Source of the DNA: an uncultured Verrucomicrobiae bacterium
GTDB taxonomy: Bacteria; Verrucomicrobiota; Verrucomicrobiia; Chthoniobacterales; JAFAMB01
Assembly (NCBI GenBank): GCA_963813025.1
Contig: CAWEXO010000009.1
Location: 165,149-229,148, forward strand
Direction of reading: 5' to 3'
Length of the DNA stretch: 64,000 nucleotides
Shown here: positions 63,206 through 64,000 of the stretch, in pieces
How the letters are laid out: the number at the start of each line of letters is the position of its first letter
How positions within the stretch are numbered: position 1 is the stretch's first letter
Notes under the pieces: model-generated
The model's database searches: none
The model's input: only the letters and a program-made list of their open reading frames with translations
Told to the model about the DNA's origin: nothing
Position numbers and translations under genes: made by a program

Positions 63206-63967
63206 ATGCCGAAACATTCTAGTCAACCCCTCAGGATCGCTCTGGTTGGCGCTGGTGCCATTATGCGTTTGTCGCATGCGCCGACGATCCGACGGTCGTC
63301 TGACGCGGAACTTGTTGCGATCTTTGACAGGGATCGGGAGCGAGCCGAAGCGCTCGCGCGCGACTATGAGATACCGCGGCATACAGACAACCTCCAAGCC
63401 GTTTTAGAAGCTTCAGACATCGACGCGGTGATCGTCGCAACTCCAAACGTGGTACATCCGGAGGCAGTTCTCGCTGCCGCCGCAGCGGGAAAGCACGTCC
63501 TCTGCGAGAAGCCTCTGGCAATCGATATTGCCAGCGCTCGTGCCATGGTCGAAGCTTGCGAGCATGCTGCAGTTGTTCTCCAAGTCGGATTCAATCAACG
63601 TTATTGGCCTCAAGTGCAAATCGCCAAAAGCCTTGTAGAATCGGGATTCATTGGAGAGATCCATGCCGCGAGATCCGTCTACGCCGAGCGCTGGAACGTC
63701 TACCCTGCTGCGACGCGTTATCGCTATGACCTCGCCAAGTCAGGCGGAGCCACAATCATCGACCTCACGATCCACCGCATCGATCTCGCGCGCCACCTAA
63801 TTGGCGACATGACAGCCGTTTTCGCCGAGATAACCCACAGCGTCGTACCTGACAAGGTTGACGACAACGTCTGGCTTCTTGGCCGCTTCGCCTCGGGGGC
63901 GCGAGCTTGCCTCTCTTCTGATCGCTATTCGCCAACCATAGGCGACGGAACTGACCTCTATCGATAA
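63206..63967 (+). CDS. Gfo/Idh/MocA oxidoreductase, C-terminus truncated or in error
   Basis: LVGAGAI, HVLCEKPLA, DLTIHRID; stops about 80 aa earlier than its paralogs here. Confidence 0.8.
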   Translation: MPKHSSQPLRIALVGAGAIMRLSHAPTIRRSSDAELVAIFDRDRERAEALARDYEIPRHTDNLQAVLEASDIDAVIVATPNVVHPEAVLAAAAAGKHVLCEKPLAIDIASARAMVEACEHAAVVLQVGFNQRYWPQVQIAKSLVESGFIGEIHAARSVYAERWNVYPAATRYRYDLAKSGGATIIDLTIHRIDLARHLIGDMTAVFAEITHSVVPDKVDDNVWLLGRFASGARACLSSDRYSPTIGDGTDLYR

Positions 63968-64000
63968 GAAGAGGAATTATTCATTTCGTAACTGAGACAA

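Overview
A GC-rich accessory region, probably from a soil Verrucomicrobiota (Chthoniobacterales-like) genome; this taxonomy is inferred from gene content only. It holds three sugar ABC-uptake/catabolism clusters (3.8-13.5 kb, 17.9-23.1 kb, 54.6-64 kb), fabD, tRNA-Ser(TGA), a vapBC pair, a MATE pump, an S10 peptidase, an autotransporter and many truncated gene remnants. Four features stand out. (1) A 1.77-kb mobile element at 26685-28456 has no terminal inverted repeats, is bounded by TTAG on both sides, carries a terminal hairpin and encodes a ~540-aa non-DDE protein (KQY-x6-LRxE motif plus wHTH). It sits in a tandem ~170-bp repeat array whose next unit shows the empty site. (2) Two IS110 elements are inserted at a CT core into local REP-like repeats; one has a readable IS621-type bridge RNA whose guides match its donor and target. 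(3) A DoxX / Cys-rich precursor / DUF692 (MNIO) / DUF2063 bufferin-like RiPP cluster has an ECF-type promoter. (4) An IS110, a palindromic MITE-like repeat and an IS630 are nested end to end. Many ORFs carry indels, some in homopolymers, so part of the apparent pseudogenisation may be sequencing error. All calls come from reading the sequence; no searches were run.
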